In this document: positions 1 to 8,888 of the stretch, piece by piece
How the letters are laid out: every line of letters begins with the position of its first letter
How positions within the stretch are numbered: position 1 is the stretch's first letter
Virus record (IMG/VR): IMGVR_UViG_3300022745_000034
Coordinates: 1-63,900 of that record
Strand: one strand, 5' to 3'
Length of the DNA stretch: 63,900 bases
From: a virus
Taxonomy: Duplodnaviria; Caudoviricetes
Notes under the pieces: model-generated
Told to the model about the DNA's origin: nothing
Seen by the model: the letters and a program-made list of their open reading frames with translations, nothing else
Database searches by the model: none
Position numbers and translations under genes: made by a program

Positions 1-233
1 CGCTTCCACATTGCGCTTGTACTTGGAGTCGTCCTTGGCCGCCGCCTGGGCTTCTGCCAGCTTTGTCTTAACGTCGCCAGATAGGTATTCGTCGGATGTG
101 ACGATACCGTTTTGCGGGTCGTCATACACCACATCACCAAGCTCTTTGATGATGGCGTCCATGGGCTTGCCATAGACTTCTTCCATATAGGCGCCGTCTA
201 CCTTGCCCCGGTAGTTCAGCGAGGCCAGCAATG
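1..233. repeat. Terminal direct repeat, copy 1 (circular assembly overlap)
   Basis: 1-233 is identical to 63668-63900 except position 106 (a) vs 63773 (g). Confidence 0.97.
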
Positions 234-3200
234 CGTCTTTGGCCGTGGTGACGGTCAGGAAGTCCTGCGGCGGGAATGCCACCCGGCGCTTCATGATGTC
301 GGCCTTTATGGCGCTAGGCTTGCGTTCCTCGATGCCCTCGCTCTCAGCCACGGCCTTGCTGATTCCCTTGTCATAGTCGAACTCCAGTGCCTGCAATAGC
401 TGGCTCTCGGTGTCGTCCATGAAAATGCTGCGGTTTGTCTGGCTGTTAAGGTGGCCAAACTTCTTGAGGAAATCGTCGTACAGCTTGTTGAGCGTTGCCC
501 GGTTGGCCTCAATGTCAGCCTCGGATGAGTCAAGGCTTCGCTCCAGACGCATCTGCGTGCGCAGTGCGTCACGCAGTTCGATCATGCCCTTCATGCGCTT
601 GGCCGCTGTCTCGTTCTTGGGCGTCCACTCGTTGGCGGTTTTCTCGCCCATCACGTCCTGGCCGCGCTGCATGACCTTGCCGCTGGCATCCACATAGAAG
701 GAACCGGGCTTGACGCCATCGGGGACTGCCATGTCCACCACTGCGCTATCGGCCTTGCGGTCGATGTGCTGGTACACACCATCTGGCAGGCTCTCAACCC
801 AGCCGGCCAGTTGCTTCTTGATGTCGCCGGTAGCCTCAACGGTGTATTCGTTGGCCGAATACATCGTGCCGCCTGCCGAAGGCTTGCCCAGCACGAACTG
901 GGGATTGGCAACAAAGAACTGATTGACCTTGTGTGTTGCCGCTTCGCCAGTCTTGGGATTGACGTTGACCTGATCCACCACGTTCTGCCACTGGCCAGCG
1001 TCTTCATGCTGGATGGCGTTTGGGTCGTTCTTCTGGAAAATCAGGATGTCGGTGACAACCTCGGTACCGGCGTTTTCCTTGAATGCCGTGTTGGGCATGC
1101 GCACCGCACCGATCAAGGTGGCGCGCTCACCGATCCATTTGCGCGCACGGTCGTCCTGGGCGTCTAGGAAGTTGTGCGACACAACCACCTGCATGATTCC
1201 CCCCGGGCGCAGTTTGTCGATGCCCTTGGCAAGAAAGTAGTTGTGAATGCTGAAACCTGAGTACGGGCTGCGCTCCTTGTCCACCAGGGGCTGGCTGCCA
1301 AAAGGCGGGTTGCCCTGCACCAGATCGAAGAATTCGCCGGGGATTTCAAAGTCTTCAAAGCCGGTGGCCTTGGCGATCTTGGCCTTGGGATACAGGGCCG
1401 ACACCATGCGGCTAGTCAGCGAGTCCAACTCCACACCGTATAGCTGGGAGTTGTTGCGCACGGCGGCAGGCATCAGTCCGTAGAAGTTGCCGATGCCAAC
1501 AGAAGGCTCCAGCATGCGGCCGCCTCGGTATCCAATACGTGCCAGTGCATCATTCATCGCACCGATGGCCACGGGGCTGGTGTAGTGCGCATCCAACGTG
1601 GATTTACGCGCGGCCTTGAATTCAGCGTCCGTCAGAAGCTCTTTTAGCTCTGCGTGCTGTTTGGCCCACTGCTTGTTCTCGGGGTCGAATGGCCCCTTCA
1701 TGGCACCCCAGCCAACGTACTTGGCCAGAACCTTGCGTTCTTCTGGGGTTGCAACGCGCCCCTCGGATTCGAGGGTTTTTAGTAGCCGAATGGCGGCTAC
1801 GTTGTCCTTGTACTTCTTGGCCAGACCACCTTTGCCGATTTCCTCGGCGTCGATTACGTGGTCGGTGGCTCCAGGCTCAGTCCGTACTCCTGCACTATCT
1901 CGTGTCTGGCCAGATGGCTCAGACCCGGATTGCTCAGTGTCTCGCGCTCCTGCTTCTCCTGGCTCTCCAGAGCTTGCAGATACTGGTTCGCTTCGATCAG
2001 TGCTTTCACCCTTTTCGGCCACCCCAGCGCCCACCGGTTGGCTATCTCGATTGCCAGCGGTGGCATCTTCTGGAGCTTTGATCGAAGATCCGTCGGGTAA
2101 AGACTCGGTTTGTACAGGGCTTGCATCGTTTGAATTTTCCTCTTGTTTGCCGGTGTTGGCAACTGGCTCGGTTGAGTTTTCCTCAACCTTCGGGGCAACA
2201 GAAGATTCGCGTTTGGCGCGGGCTTCTTTTTCTGTCTTTGGTACAAGCGGTTTCAGAATGCTTGGCACGACCTTTGGTTGCTGGCCGAACAGGTATTCCT
2301 CTGCGGCGTCTTTGTCTGCTTGCGGGATGTCCTGCTTGGCCAGATTTACAGCGCCAAACTGCTGCGCATTGAAATCATCACCACGCGCCACTGCTTCGGC
2401 ATGCGCATTGCGAATCAGCCAGTCGTTGACCTTCTTGAGCCCGTTTCCTGCTTTGCGCTCGGTTGACAGATCAAAATTCGGAAACGGTGTCGTTTCCCTG
2501 CCAGAGCTAGTTAGAGCCACTTGCCCCGGTGCCAGCTTCATGCCTACCGTGCCTTGCACCGGTTCTGACTGCTGCTCACGCTGCGCCTTTGCCTCGCGCT
2601 CGGTCTTGGGCTTGTCGGCAACTTTGGACAGTCCTGGCCATGCCTCTTTTACCCCATCGGCTTCCACGGACTCGCCGGTTGTTCCGGCATCGGGTAGTCC
2701 TCCCTCGGTGGAGGAAGTGGTATCCGCTTCTGCTGGTACTTGCTCATTGGCTACTGGCTCTGCTGCTGGCGCTTCTTGTCGTTGCGTTTCTGCTTGCTTG
2801 GCTTGATCGGCTTGAGTGCCATCCTTCTGCTCCTGTGGTTGCTGAATCTTGGACAGGTGTTCTTCGCGCACGAAAACACCGCCGTCTTTCTTGAATGCGT
2901 AGGGGTCGTATTGCTTGGCCTCGTCCAGAGACATGCCTTGGAACACCTTGCCGCGCAGTACCTTGCCCTTCTTGGTCGTGTGCTCGACGATGCCATCGTC
3001 TTGGGCGCGGCGCTCCCGCGCCTCTTTCTCGGTCTTTGGCGGCTTTGGCGGCACGATCGGTGGAATCTCTTTTGCCTTGATGGCAGCCGCAATTTCATCC
3101 TCAGAAAACCCCATGGAGCGCATTGCGTCTTCCTCAGACACATTGCTTGGCGCTCCCAGGTCTGGAATGTCGGAATCGTTTAGCGCATCTTGGGCTGGTA

Positions 3201-6018
3201 CGCTTTCGTGTCGTTGCCCTGCGGCGGCACCGTCTTCGGAGCTTGGGGCGTTGGCTGCGGGTTCTTGGCTGGCGGCTGGCCCGCTTGGCTGCCCATCTGT
3301 GACGCCGGCACCTTGATCGAGTGCAGGCCCAGTTGCTTGGTCTTGTTGGATAGTTTCAGCATTTGGCTTCTCCTGTTGCTGGGTTGGTTGATCGAATCCG
3401 TATAACTGGCGCAGCACTTGCGGATTGCCGTTGGCACTCTGCAATGTGTCCAGTTCCTTTTTCTCATTGGGCGTCAGGCCAGTTCCAGGCAAGTCTTGAT
3501 CGACGATGCCTGTCTCTCCTACGACCGTTTCAATCTTGCCGTCGCGCTTTTCGCGCAACTGCTGGTAGCGGCTGGCAGCGAAGGCCTGCACGTCTTGGTC
3601 GCTTACCGTTTCTGCGCTGTCATCCTTGGCGCTCGGCGGGTTGACTGCTGGCGCCCCGGCTTCTTCTGCGCTCGTAACCGTCTGGTTTCCAGCCGTTGTT
3701 GTGTCGATACGGCCATCAGGCGTGACACTGACCGGCTTCTTCTCGTCATCGGGCGGCGCCATGGCCACGCCGGTCACACCTTGGATTGGTGCGTTCGGGC
3801 CGATGGCCTTGGGGCTGCGCGCGGTGGAGCGCGGGTCTACCAGTGAAGGGTCAGGATTCAGTGCGTCCAACACGTCGGCCTGAATTTCCTCTTTGGTGAA
3901 GGTGGTGCCCTTCACATTGCGCTCAATCTCGCGGGCAATTTGGCGCTCTGGCGTGTTGTACTTCTCTGCCACCTTGCCTGCGCCGTGGGCGCCAGCACCC
4001 ATTACACCGGTCAGCAAGAGCACATCCGGAAGCACTTCCTTGGCCGAAGTGGCAATGTCTTCTGGGCTCAAGAAGGATCGCTTCTTACCCTGCTGTGTGC
4101 CCGCGTCAATCTCGGTGTTGTGCTGGCCTACTTGGGTAACGGTTTCGGTTCCAAGCTCGTTGCCAAGCTCAATGCCAACGCCTGCCGCAGTCTTGAGCAT
4201 GGACTTCTTCAAGCCCTCTTGTGCGGCCTTGAAAATCAACTTGCCAGCACCAAAGCCCACTACATTGCTCAGGGCCTCGGGCAGCGCCTCCCACAACCCG
4301 TGCGCGCGCACAAGGTCGTTGTACTTGCCAGCCACCTGGGTGAATTCTTCATCGGTAAGGGGCCTGCCAATTTCTTTTTGCGCGGCCTGATCCAAGTTGG
4401 AGCGAATGTCACGCAAGAACCCATTGGCGTCCATCCGGTAGGCAGCCGCGCCAGATGCGGCAGCGCCGGCAGCAAAGCCTGCAACGGGACCGGCCAAGCT
4501 GGCGGGAACACCTGCCGCCAATCCCGCGCCCATGGAAAGAACAGAAAACGCCAGATTCTGCGGAAGGTTGCGCACCTTCTCGCGGGTGATGCCAAGCACA
4601 TACTCGTCTTTGGCGTCTGGCGTTCCAGAGTTTTGCTGCTGGCGCTGGTCAGATTCAAGAATGGCCTTGTTCTTCCAGTCTACGGAAGCTGGGTCAGTGC
4701 CTTCCTTGAGCGCCTGCGCAGCGGCTGCAAACGCATTGGGCACGCCTTTGACCGCCGTCCATGCATCGCTTGCCAAGTCTTTCAATCCGGCCTGCTGGGC
4801 GGGGCTGTCTCCAATAGATCCGCTGTACTCGCGCTGCACTTCTGCGCGCTGGTCCATGCGTCGCATTGGGTCGCCTGCCTTGGTGCTCTTGTCGAGGTTG
4901 GCGTACTGGCCTGCACGCTCACGCGCCAGCATTCCGCGCCATCCAGGCTGCGCCGTCATTTCTTGGCGTTGCTCCGGAGTTGCCGCATCGAATTTGGCGG
5001 ACTCTGCCAAACGCACCGAACGCTCCACCGGCACCTTGGAGTCGGTTGGCAGGTCGGGCGCCTGCCCCATGCGGCCTTCCAAGACAGATTCAGGCTTTGT
5101 GTTATCACCCACCAGCGAGTTGCCAACGTCAATCCCGGCATCGCGCACGGTATTCATGGCATCGCCAATGGACGGCAGGTTTCCAGCCGCTTGTTTTGCC
5201 GAATCCCATGCTTGGCCAATGGCGTTGCCTGCCTTGTCCAAGAATCCAGGGTCTTGCTTGGTCAAGAACTTTTGGCGCAACTCCTGCACGCGGTCGCCCG
5301 CTCGCGGTGCAATCCAGTAATCGAAGTACGCGGCTTTAGTCTCGGCCTGCTTTTCAGGGGATAGCGCCTTGAATCCTTCCTTTGCTTCAACGTCTGCCCA
5401 CTTGGGAGCCTTGGAAAGATCTGGTTGCGCTGCTTCTGCCTTGGCTGGTTCTGTTGCACCGATGCGGTTGAGCACGTCGGCCACATAGCCAGACACGCGC
5501 TTTCCGTTGCCGTCTGCATGGTCGTTCTTCCAGGCTTGGCCCTGCCCTTGGTTGACGTTGCCTTCACCGGAGAAATAGCCTGCTGCGATCTTGGCGGGGT
5601 CGTTTCCGAACTTCTGGCCCAAGTCCTTGATGATGCGCACGCCAACGCGCATGTTGTCTTCCGGGTTGTCGATGCTCTCCCCCGGCTTGGCGTAGCGCCG
5701 GAAGGTGTCGGGCATGATCTGCATGCCACCGCGCGCTCCGTCTGTGCTGGTGCGTGCGTTCGATCCTGCGCCAGATTCTTGGCCGTAGATGGCGCCAATT
5801 ACCGGCAGCAATGCGTCGGCGCCCTCTTGGGCTGCGATGCTGCGGAAGGCTTCTGTGTCTACCGGTGTGGCGGTGGACTTCGCGGGCTTGGTGCGCTCGG
5901 TTTCAAAGCCGTTGAGCAATGAGCCAAAGCCATCGCCCCCGCTGCTTTGTTTTGGCCCTGTCGGGCTCGAACCAGAAAATGAATTGAGAATGCTGCCAAA
6001 GTCTTGATTCGAGTCCAT
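1..6018 (-). CDS. Giant DarB-like polyvalent virion protein, N-terminal part (SLT lytic transglycosylase, linkers, N6-adenine methyltransferase); continues across the circular junction
   Basis: ATG at 6018 gives MDSNQDFG..., then SLT motifs IYGQES, GARGGMQIMPDT and AAGYFSGEGNV. MTase motifs EPSVGIG (~1490-1511) and GNPPF (~1300-1314). Frame appears open to the window edge and is in frame with ORF 56402..63898 via the terminal repeat. Missing from the ORF track. Confidence 0.9.
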   Translation of the reverse strand, partial: MDSNQDFGSILNSFSGSSPTGPKQSSGGDGFGSLLNGFETERTKPAKSTATPVDTEAFRSIAAQEGADALLPVIGAIYGQESGAGSNARTSTDGARGGMQIMPDTFRRYAKPGESIDNPEDNMRVGVRIIKDLGQKFGNDPAKIAAGYFSGEGNVNQGQGQAWKNDHADGNGKRVSGYVADVLNRIGATEPAKAEAAQPDLSKAPKWADVEAKEGFKALSPEKQAETKAAYFDYWIAPRAGDRVQELRQKFLTKQDPGFLDKAGNAIGQAWDSAKQAAGNLPSIGDAMNTVRDAGIDVGNSLVGDNTKPESVLEGRMGQAPDLPTDSKVPVERSVRLAESAKFDAATPEQRQEMTAQPGWRGMLARERAGQYANLDKSTKAGDPMRRMDQRAEVQREYSGSIGDSPAQQAGLKDLASDAWTAVKGVPNAFAAAAQALKEGTDPASVDWKNKAILESDQRQQQNSGTPDAKDEYVLGITREKVRNLPQNLAFSVLSMGAGLAAGVPASLAGPVAGFAAGAAASGAAAYRMDANGFLRDIRSNLDQAAQKEIGRPLTDEEFTQVAGKYNDLVRAHGLWEALPEALSNVVGFGAGKLIFKAAQEGLKKSMLKTAAGVGIELGNELGTETVTQVGQHNTEIDAGTQQGKKRSFLSPEDIATSAKEVLPDVLLLTGVMGAGAHGAGKVAEKYNTPERQIAREIERNVKGTTFTKEEIQADVLDALNPDPSLVDPRSTARSPKAIGPNAPIQGVTGVAMAPPDDEKKPVSVTPDGRIDTTTAGNQTVTSAEEAGAPAVNPPSAKDDSAETVSDQDVQAFAASRYQQLREKRDGKIETVVGETGIVDQDLPGTGLTPNEKKELDTLQSANGNPQVLRQLYGFDQPTQQQEKPNAETIQQDQATGPALDQGAGVTDGQPSGPAASQEPAANAPSSEDGAAAGQRHESVPAQDALNDSDIPDLGAPSNVSEEDAMRSMGFSEDEIAAAIKAKEIPPIVPPKPPKTEKEARERRAQDDGIVEHTTKKGKVLRGKVFQGMSLDEAKQYDPYAFKKDGGVFVREEHLSKIQQPQEQKDGTQADQAKQAETQRQEAPAAEPVANEQVPAEADTTSSTEGGLPDAGTTGESVEADGVKEAWPGLSKVADKPKTEREAKAQREQQSEPVQGTVGMKLAPGQVALTSSGRETTPFPNFDLSTERKAGNGLKKVNDWLIRNAHAEAVARGDDFNAQQFGAVNLAKQDIPQADKDAAEEYLFGQQPKVVPSILKPLVPKTEKEARAKRESSVAPKVEENSTEPVANTGKQEENSNDASPVQTESLPDGSSIKAPEDATAGNRDSQPVGAGVAEKGESTDRSEPVSASSGEPGEAGARDTEQSGSEPSGQTRDSAGVRTEPGATDHVIDAEEIGKGGLAKKYKDNVAAIRLLKTLESEGRVATPEERKVLAKYVGWGAMKGPFDPENKQWAKQHAELKELLTDAEFKAARKSTLDAHYTSPVAIGAMNDALARIGYRGGRMLEPSVGIGNFYGLMPAAVRNNSQLYGVELDSLTSRMVSALYPKAKIAKATGFEDFEIPGEFFDLVQGNPPFGSQPLVDKERSPYSGFSIHNYFLAKGIDKLRPGGIMQVVVSHNFLDAQDDRARKWIGERATLIGAVRMPNTAFKENAGTEVVTDILIFQKNDPNAIQHEDAGQWQNVVDQVNVNPKTGEAATHKVNQFFVANPQFVLGKPSAGGTMYSANEYTVEATGDIKKQLAGWVESLPDGVYQHIDRKADSAVVDMAVPDGVKPGSFYVDASGKVMQRGQDVMGEKTANEWTPKNETAAKRMKGMIELRDALRTQMRLERSLDSSEADIEANRATLNKLYDDFLKKFGHLNSQTNRSIFMDDTESQLLQALEFDYDKGISKAVAESEGIEERKPSAIKADIMKRRVAFPPQDFLTVTTAKDALLASLNYRGKVDGAYMEEVYGKPMDAIIKELGDVVYDDPQNGIVTSDEYLSGDVKTKLAEAQAAAKDDSKYKRNVEA
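1854..2126 (-). CDS. Overprinted ~90-aa protein nested in another frame of the giant gene
   Basis: MQALYKPSLYP...IANRWALGWPKRVKALIEANQYLQAL...HLARHEIVQEYGLSLEPPTT looks globular. AAGAGGA RBS lies upstream of ATG 2126 and a perfect operator palindrome sits at 2171-2187. Confidence 0.7.
   Translation of the reverse strand: MQALYKPSLYPTDLRSKLQKMPPLAIEIANRWALGWPKRVKALIEANQYLQALESQEKQERETLSNPGLSHLARHEIVQEYGLSLEPPTT
2171..2187. promoter_or_regulatory. Operator palindrome GTTGAG-N5-CTCAAC
   Basis: Perfect copy, 45 bp upstream of the nested ORF. Confidence 0.6.
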
Positions 6019-6033
6019 GAGGCTTCTTAATGT

Positions 6034-7188
6034 TTAAGGGATGCCGATAAGGGGTGCGATTGCGGGATCGAATTTACCGGTGCCATGGCTATTTGATGGT
6101 GTCTGGCTGGAGCGCAAAGAGTCGTAAATGGCGCCTGCGTCCGTTGCCATTTTGTTGGTGTCTGCACCGGGTAGTGCGTTCTTGCTCACGTAGTCCATGA
6201 TGAAGGCGTTGCGCGTCTTTTCCTTGGATGAGCGCACTGCATCCCAGGCAGCTTCTGGGTTGCCTTTGAACTTTGGCACGTTGGCCATGAGCCACTGCGT
6301 CGATTGAATGTCGGCAGGCGTGTGCTCTCCGTGGATGGCCGCAAGCGTTGTCGGGTCGGCGCTGGCCACCTTGCTGACAGACCCAGTGGACTCGTTGCCT
6401 GAGTACACATTTCCAAAACGGTCGTGGATGAAGTTGTACTTACCGGTCTTGAGTTTGTTCATGGCGCCGGAAATGGCCTCAACCGGTGTGAATTTGCGCT
6501 CTCCATCGGACGTGACAAAGATGTATCCGTCACCCGGAGCGCCTCTTTCGCCTTTGCGCACGGGAACAATGTCGGTGAACGTCTTGCCGTTGGTGTTTGG
6601 CAGGATGCTCGAAGTCTTTGCGATCTTGTTGGCAAACTCCAAAGCCCCGGCCTTGTCCTGGCGGGAAATGAGTTGCCCCATGGTGCCAAGCACAACGTCA
6701 GACTGGCCTTGGCTGTCTAGCTCACCCTGAACGGCTGCGCGGTGTAGCTTTTCTGGCAGCATCTGGAGGTCGGCCTGAGAGGTCATTAGCTGGCCCTTGA
6801 GCGCGTTGTTCGATACCTCTTGCTGTGTTGGCAGGTTTGCTTGGGTGTTTTGCGCATTGGATAGCCCGATTTGCGCATTGATGCCCTTTGTCTTAATTTC
6901 GTCCCCTTGACGCTCTGCCTGACCGGTCAAATCTTTTGCATCCAGCCCAAGGCGGGTCTTTGCATTGGCCGTCTGGTCAGGCAACAGGCTAGAATTGGCT
7001 TGATTCTGGCCAGTGCGAAGCTGGTAGCCGGTGCGTTCTGCTGCCGCTTTGTCGTCGAGCAATGACAATTCGGATGCGGTACGCTGCTTTTCAGCGTCAT
7101 AGCGCTCCTGCGCGCGCTGGCGCAGAACCCGGTCGTCGCCTTCTTTGAAGTATTGGTCGGCTGCGATGAGCCCAAGTCCTAGGTCCAT
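6034..7188 (-). CDS. Putative internal virion/ejection protein
   Basis: 384 aa, Q/A-rich and helical, GGAG RBS, directly upstream of the giant protein. Confidence 0.6.
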   Translation of the reverse strand: MDLGLGLIAADQYFKEGDDRVLRQRAQERYDAEKQRTASELSLLDDKAAAERTGYQLRTGQNQANSSLLPDQTANAKTRLGLDAKDLTGQAERQGDEIKTKGINAQIGLSNAQNTQANLPTQQEVSNNALKGQLMTSQADLQMLPEKLHRAAVQGELDSQGQSDVVLGTMGQLISRQDKAGALEFANKIAKTSSILPNTNGKTFTDIVPVRKGERGAPGDGYIFVTSDGERKFTPVEAISGAMNKLKTGKYNFIHDRFGNVYSGNESTGSVSKVASADPTTLAAIHGEHTPADIQSTQWLMANVPKFKGNPEAAWDAVRSSKEKTRNAFIMDYVSKNALPGADTNKMATDAGAIYDSLRSSQTPSNSHGTGKFDPAIAPLIGIP

Positions 7189-7200
7189 GATTACTCCTAA

Positions 7201-7905
7201 TTAGTACCCGCCACCCGGCTGCATGGGAATGGTCACATCGTTGTTGGCATAGGGGAATGTCTGCGATGCCGGGGTGTTTCCAACATTGCCAAGCCAATTA
7301 CTCATGGAAGGGCTGTTAAAAATGCGGTCCGTGATGCGACCGAAAGCGCCGGCTTGGCCGTTGGCCTGATTTTGGTTTGCATTGGCCAGCGATAGATTGG
7401 TACTGGCCATTGATCCAAGAGTGCTGCTGGCCTGGACAGGAAGCCCTTTGCCAAGGCTCAGTGCATCGGTTTTGCGGGCATAGGCCATGTCCTTGACGCG
7501 CTGGCGGGCAGCGTTTTGCTGGGTTGCATCGGTAGCGGCTTGTGCCAGATCGAGCCCCGTTAGGCTGGACTGGTAGGCGCTTGTAGATGGGTCTAGTCCT
7601 GGGGTGCGGCCAAGCCGGTCGCGCGCCTTGGAAAACTGACTCGACACTGTGGCCGAAGCATCACCAGCCGCGTTCTCGTAGGCCTGCGGGGTGTCGTAAT
7701 TCTGCGCATCATTGACGACGCTGCGCTCCAGCGGCTCGTAGATTTCTTTGTACCGTCCCCATTGATCTGCTGCGATCTGGGATTGCAATGCTGTTGCATC
7801 AGCCGCTGCGTTGTTTGCGTTCGCTGCTGCGTTGTTTGATCTGTTGGATAGCAGCGCTCCACCAACTGTTGCAACTGCCGCACCTGCTACTGCTGCCCAT
7901 GCCAT
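7201..7905 (-). CDS. Putative internal virion/pilot protein
   Basis: Hydrophobic A/G-rich N-terminus MAWAAVAGAAVATVGGALL followed by A/N/Q-rich helices, as in podovirus ejection proteins. Confidence 0.65.
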   Translation of the reverse strand: MAWAAVAGAAVATVGGALLSNRSNNAAANANNAAADATALQSQIAADQWGRYKEIYEPLERSVVNDAQNYDTPQAYENAAGDASATVSSQFSKARDRLGRTPGLDPSTSAYQSSLTGLDLAQAATDATQQNAARQRVKDMAYARKTDALSLGKGLPVQASSTLGSMASTNLSLANANQNQANGQAGAFGRITDRIFNSPSMSNWLGNVGNTPASQTFPYANNDVTIPMQPGGGY

Positions 7906-7908
7906 GAT

Positions 7909-8454
7909 TCAGCCCTCCAGCGCCAGCGCGGCGCAAAACGTGTCGTAATCCTCGAAACTGGATGCGATCAATTCATCCTCCAGCTTCTCCAAGTCGGTTT
8001 CATGCGTTCCGTGAATGGTTGTCCAAACGGTATCTTCGTGCGCAAAGCCGGCGCGCTTGATGCCTGGGCCGGACACAATGGTGTCGCCTGCCTTCACACG
8101 CTTGATTCCGTCCTCTGTGAGCACGGATATGTCGCCCCGGCTGACGATGTTGATCTGGCTGTATTTGTGGATCTTCCCAACCAGCACGGTCCCCTTGGGG
8201 ATAAACAATTCACGGGCATAGACTCCGCGCGAAAAGTGGTGCTTTACCGGAAGATCTACGGTTTGACCAGAAAACAGGGCCGCTTCCAGGCGATCTAACT
8301 TCTCCCGAAGGTTGCGCCCAGGAACCAGCAACGGGCTGGCTTCGATGACTGCAATAGGATGCGCTGACTGGCTGATGCCAAACGGGTCAGCGATCAGGCT
8401 TTCAACAGGCACAGGCGGGGAAATCATCAAGACATTTTCCCTGCGCCCCGTCAA
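7909..8454 (-). CDS. Cupin-like phage protein
   Basis: HHFSRGVYARELFIPKG..GKIHK..SRGDISV..SGPGIKRAGFAHEDTVWTTIH double-stranded beta-helix pattern; start uncertain. Confidence 0.6.
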   Translation of the reverse strand: MTGRRENVLMISPPVPVESLIADPFGISQSAHPIAVIEASPLLVPGRNLREKLDRLEAALFSGQTVDLPVKHHFSRGVYARELFIPKGTVLVGKIHKYSQINIVSRGDISVLTEDGIKRVKAGDTIVSGPGIKRAGFAHEDTVWTTIHGTHETDLEKLEDELIASSFEDYDTFCAALALEG

Positions 8455-8888
8455 TTTGACGGCGGTGTCGGCCAGACGATATTCATGGGGTCAGTCTGGG
8501 TGGTGATGTCGCGCAGTGCTTGCCGGTATGACGACCAATCCGTGGGGATAGGTGACCCGGTTTCGGATGCTTTTGTCACCATCCAGTCGGTGTCTTTGAG
8601 CTTTCTGTCACGCTGCATACGCACTAGCGACCATGCCTTGTCAGCGTTACACACCCATTGCTTAGTCGGGTAGAAAAAGTCATGGGCCTCTGACGGACGA
8701 GGCGGCATGTTCACTGCAACGCCGTTACTAATGTAACTACTCCCGGGGTTGGCATCAACGCCAATCAGGATGGCGCAGCCCGATGGCAAGAACGATTCAT
8801 CAGGATTGTCGGGAATACACGAAATTCCGGAGCTAATAACACGGCCGGTAGACTTTTCGTAGACTGTTATTACTTTTGGATGGTTCAT
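8451..8888 (-). CDS. Phage tail assembly chaperone
   Basis: C-terminal RMQRDRKLKDTDW...WSSYRQALRDIT...WPTPP motif. Confidence 0.75.
   Translation of the reverse strand: MNHPKVITVYEKSTGRVISSGISCIPDNPDESFLPSGCAILIGVDANPGSSYISNGVAVNMPPRPSEAHDFFYPTKQWVCNADKAWSLVRMQRDRKLKDTDWMVTKASETGSPIPTDWSSYRQALRDITTQTDPMNIVWPTPPSN

Noticed and set aside
1598-5922. Long plus-strand ORFs (402, 474, 262 aa and others)
   Set aside because: Antisense shadows of the giant minus-strand gene; no RBS or recognisable motifs
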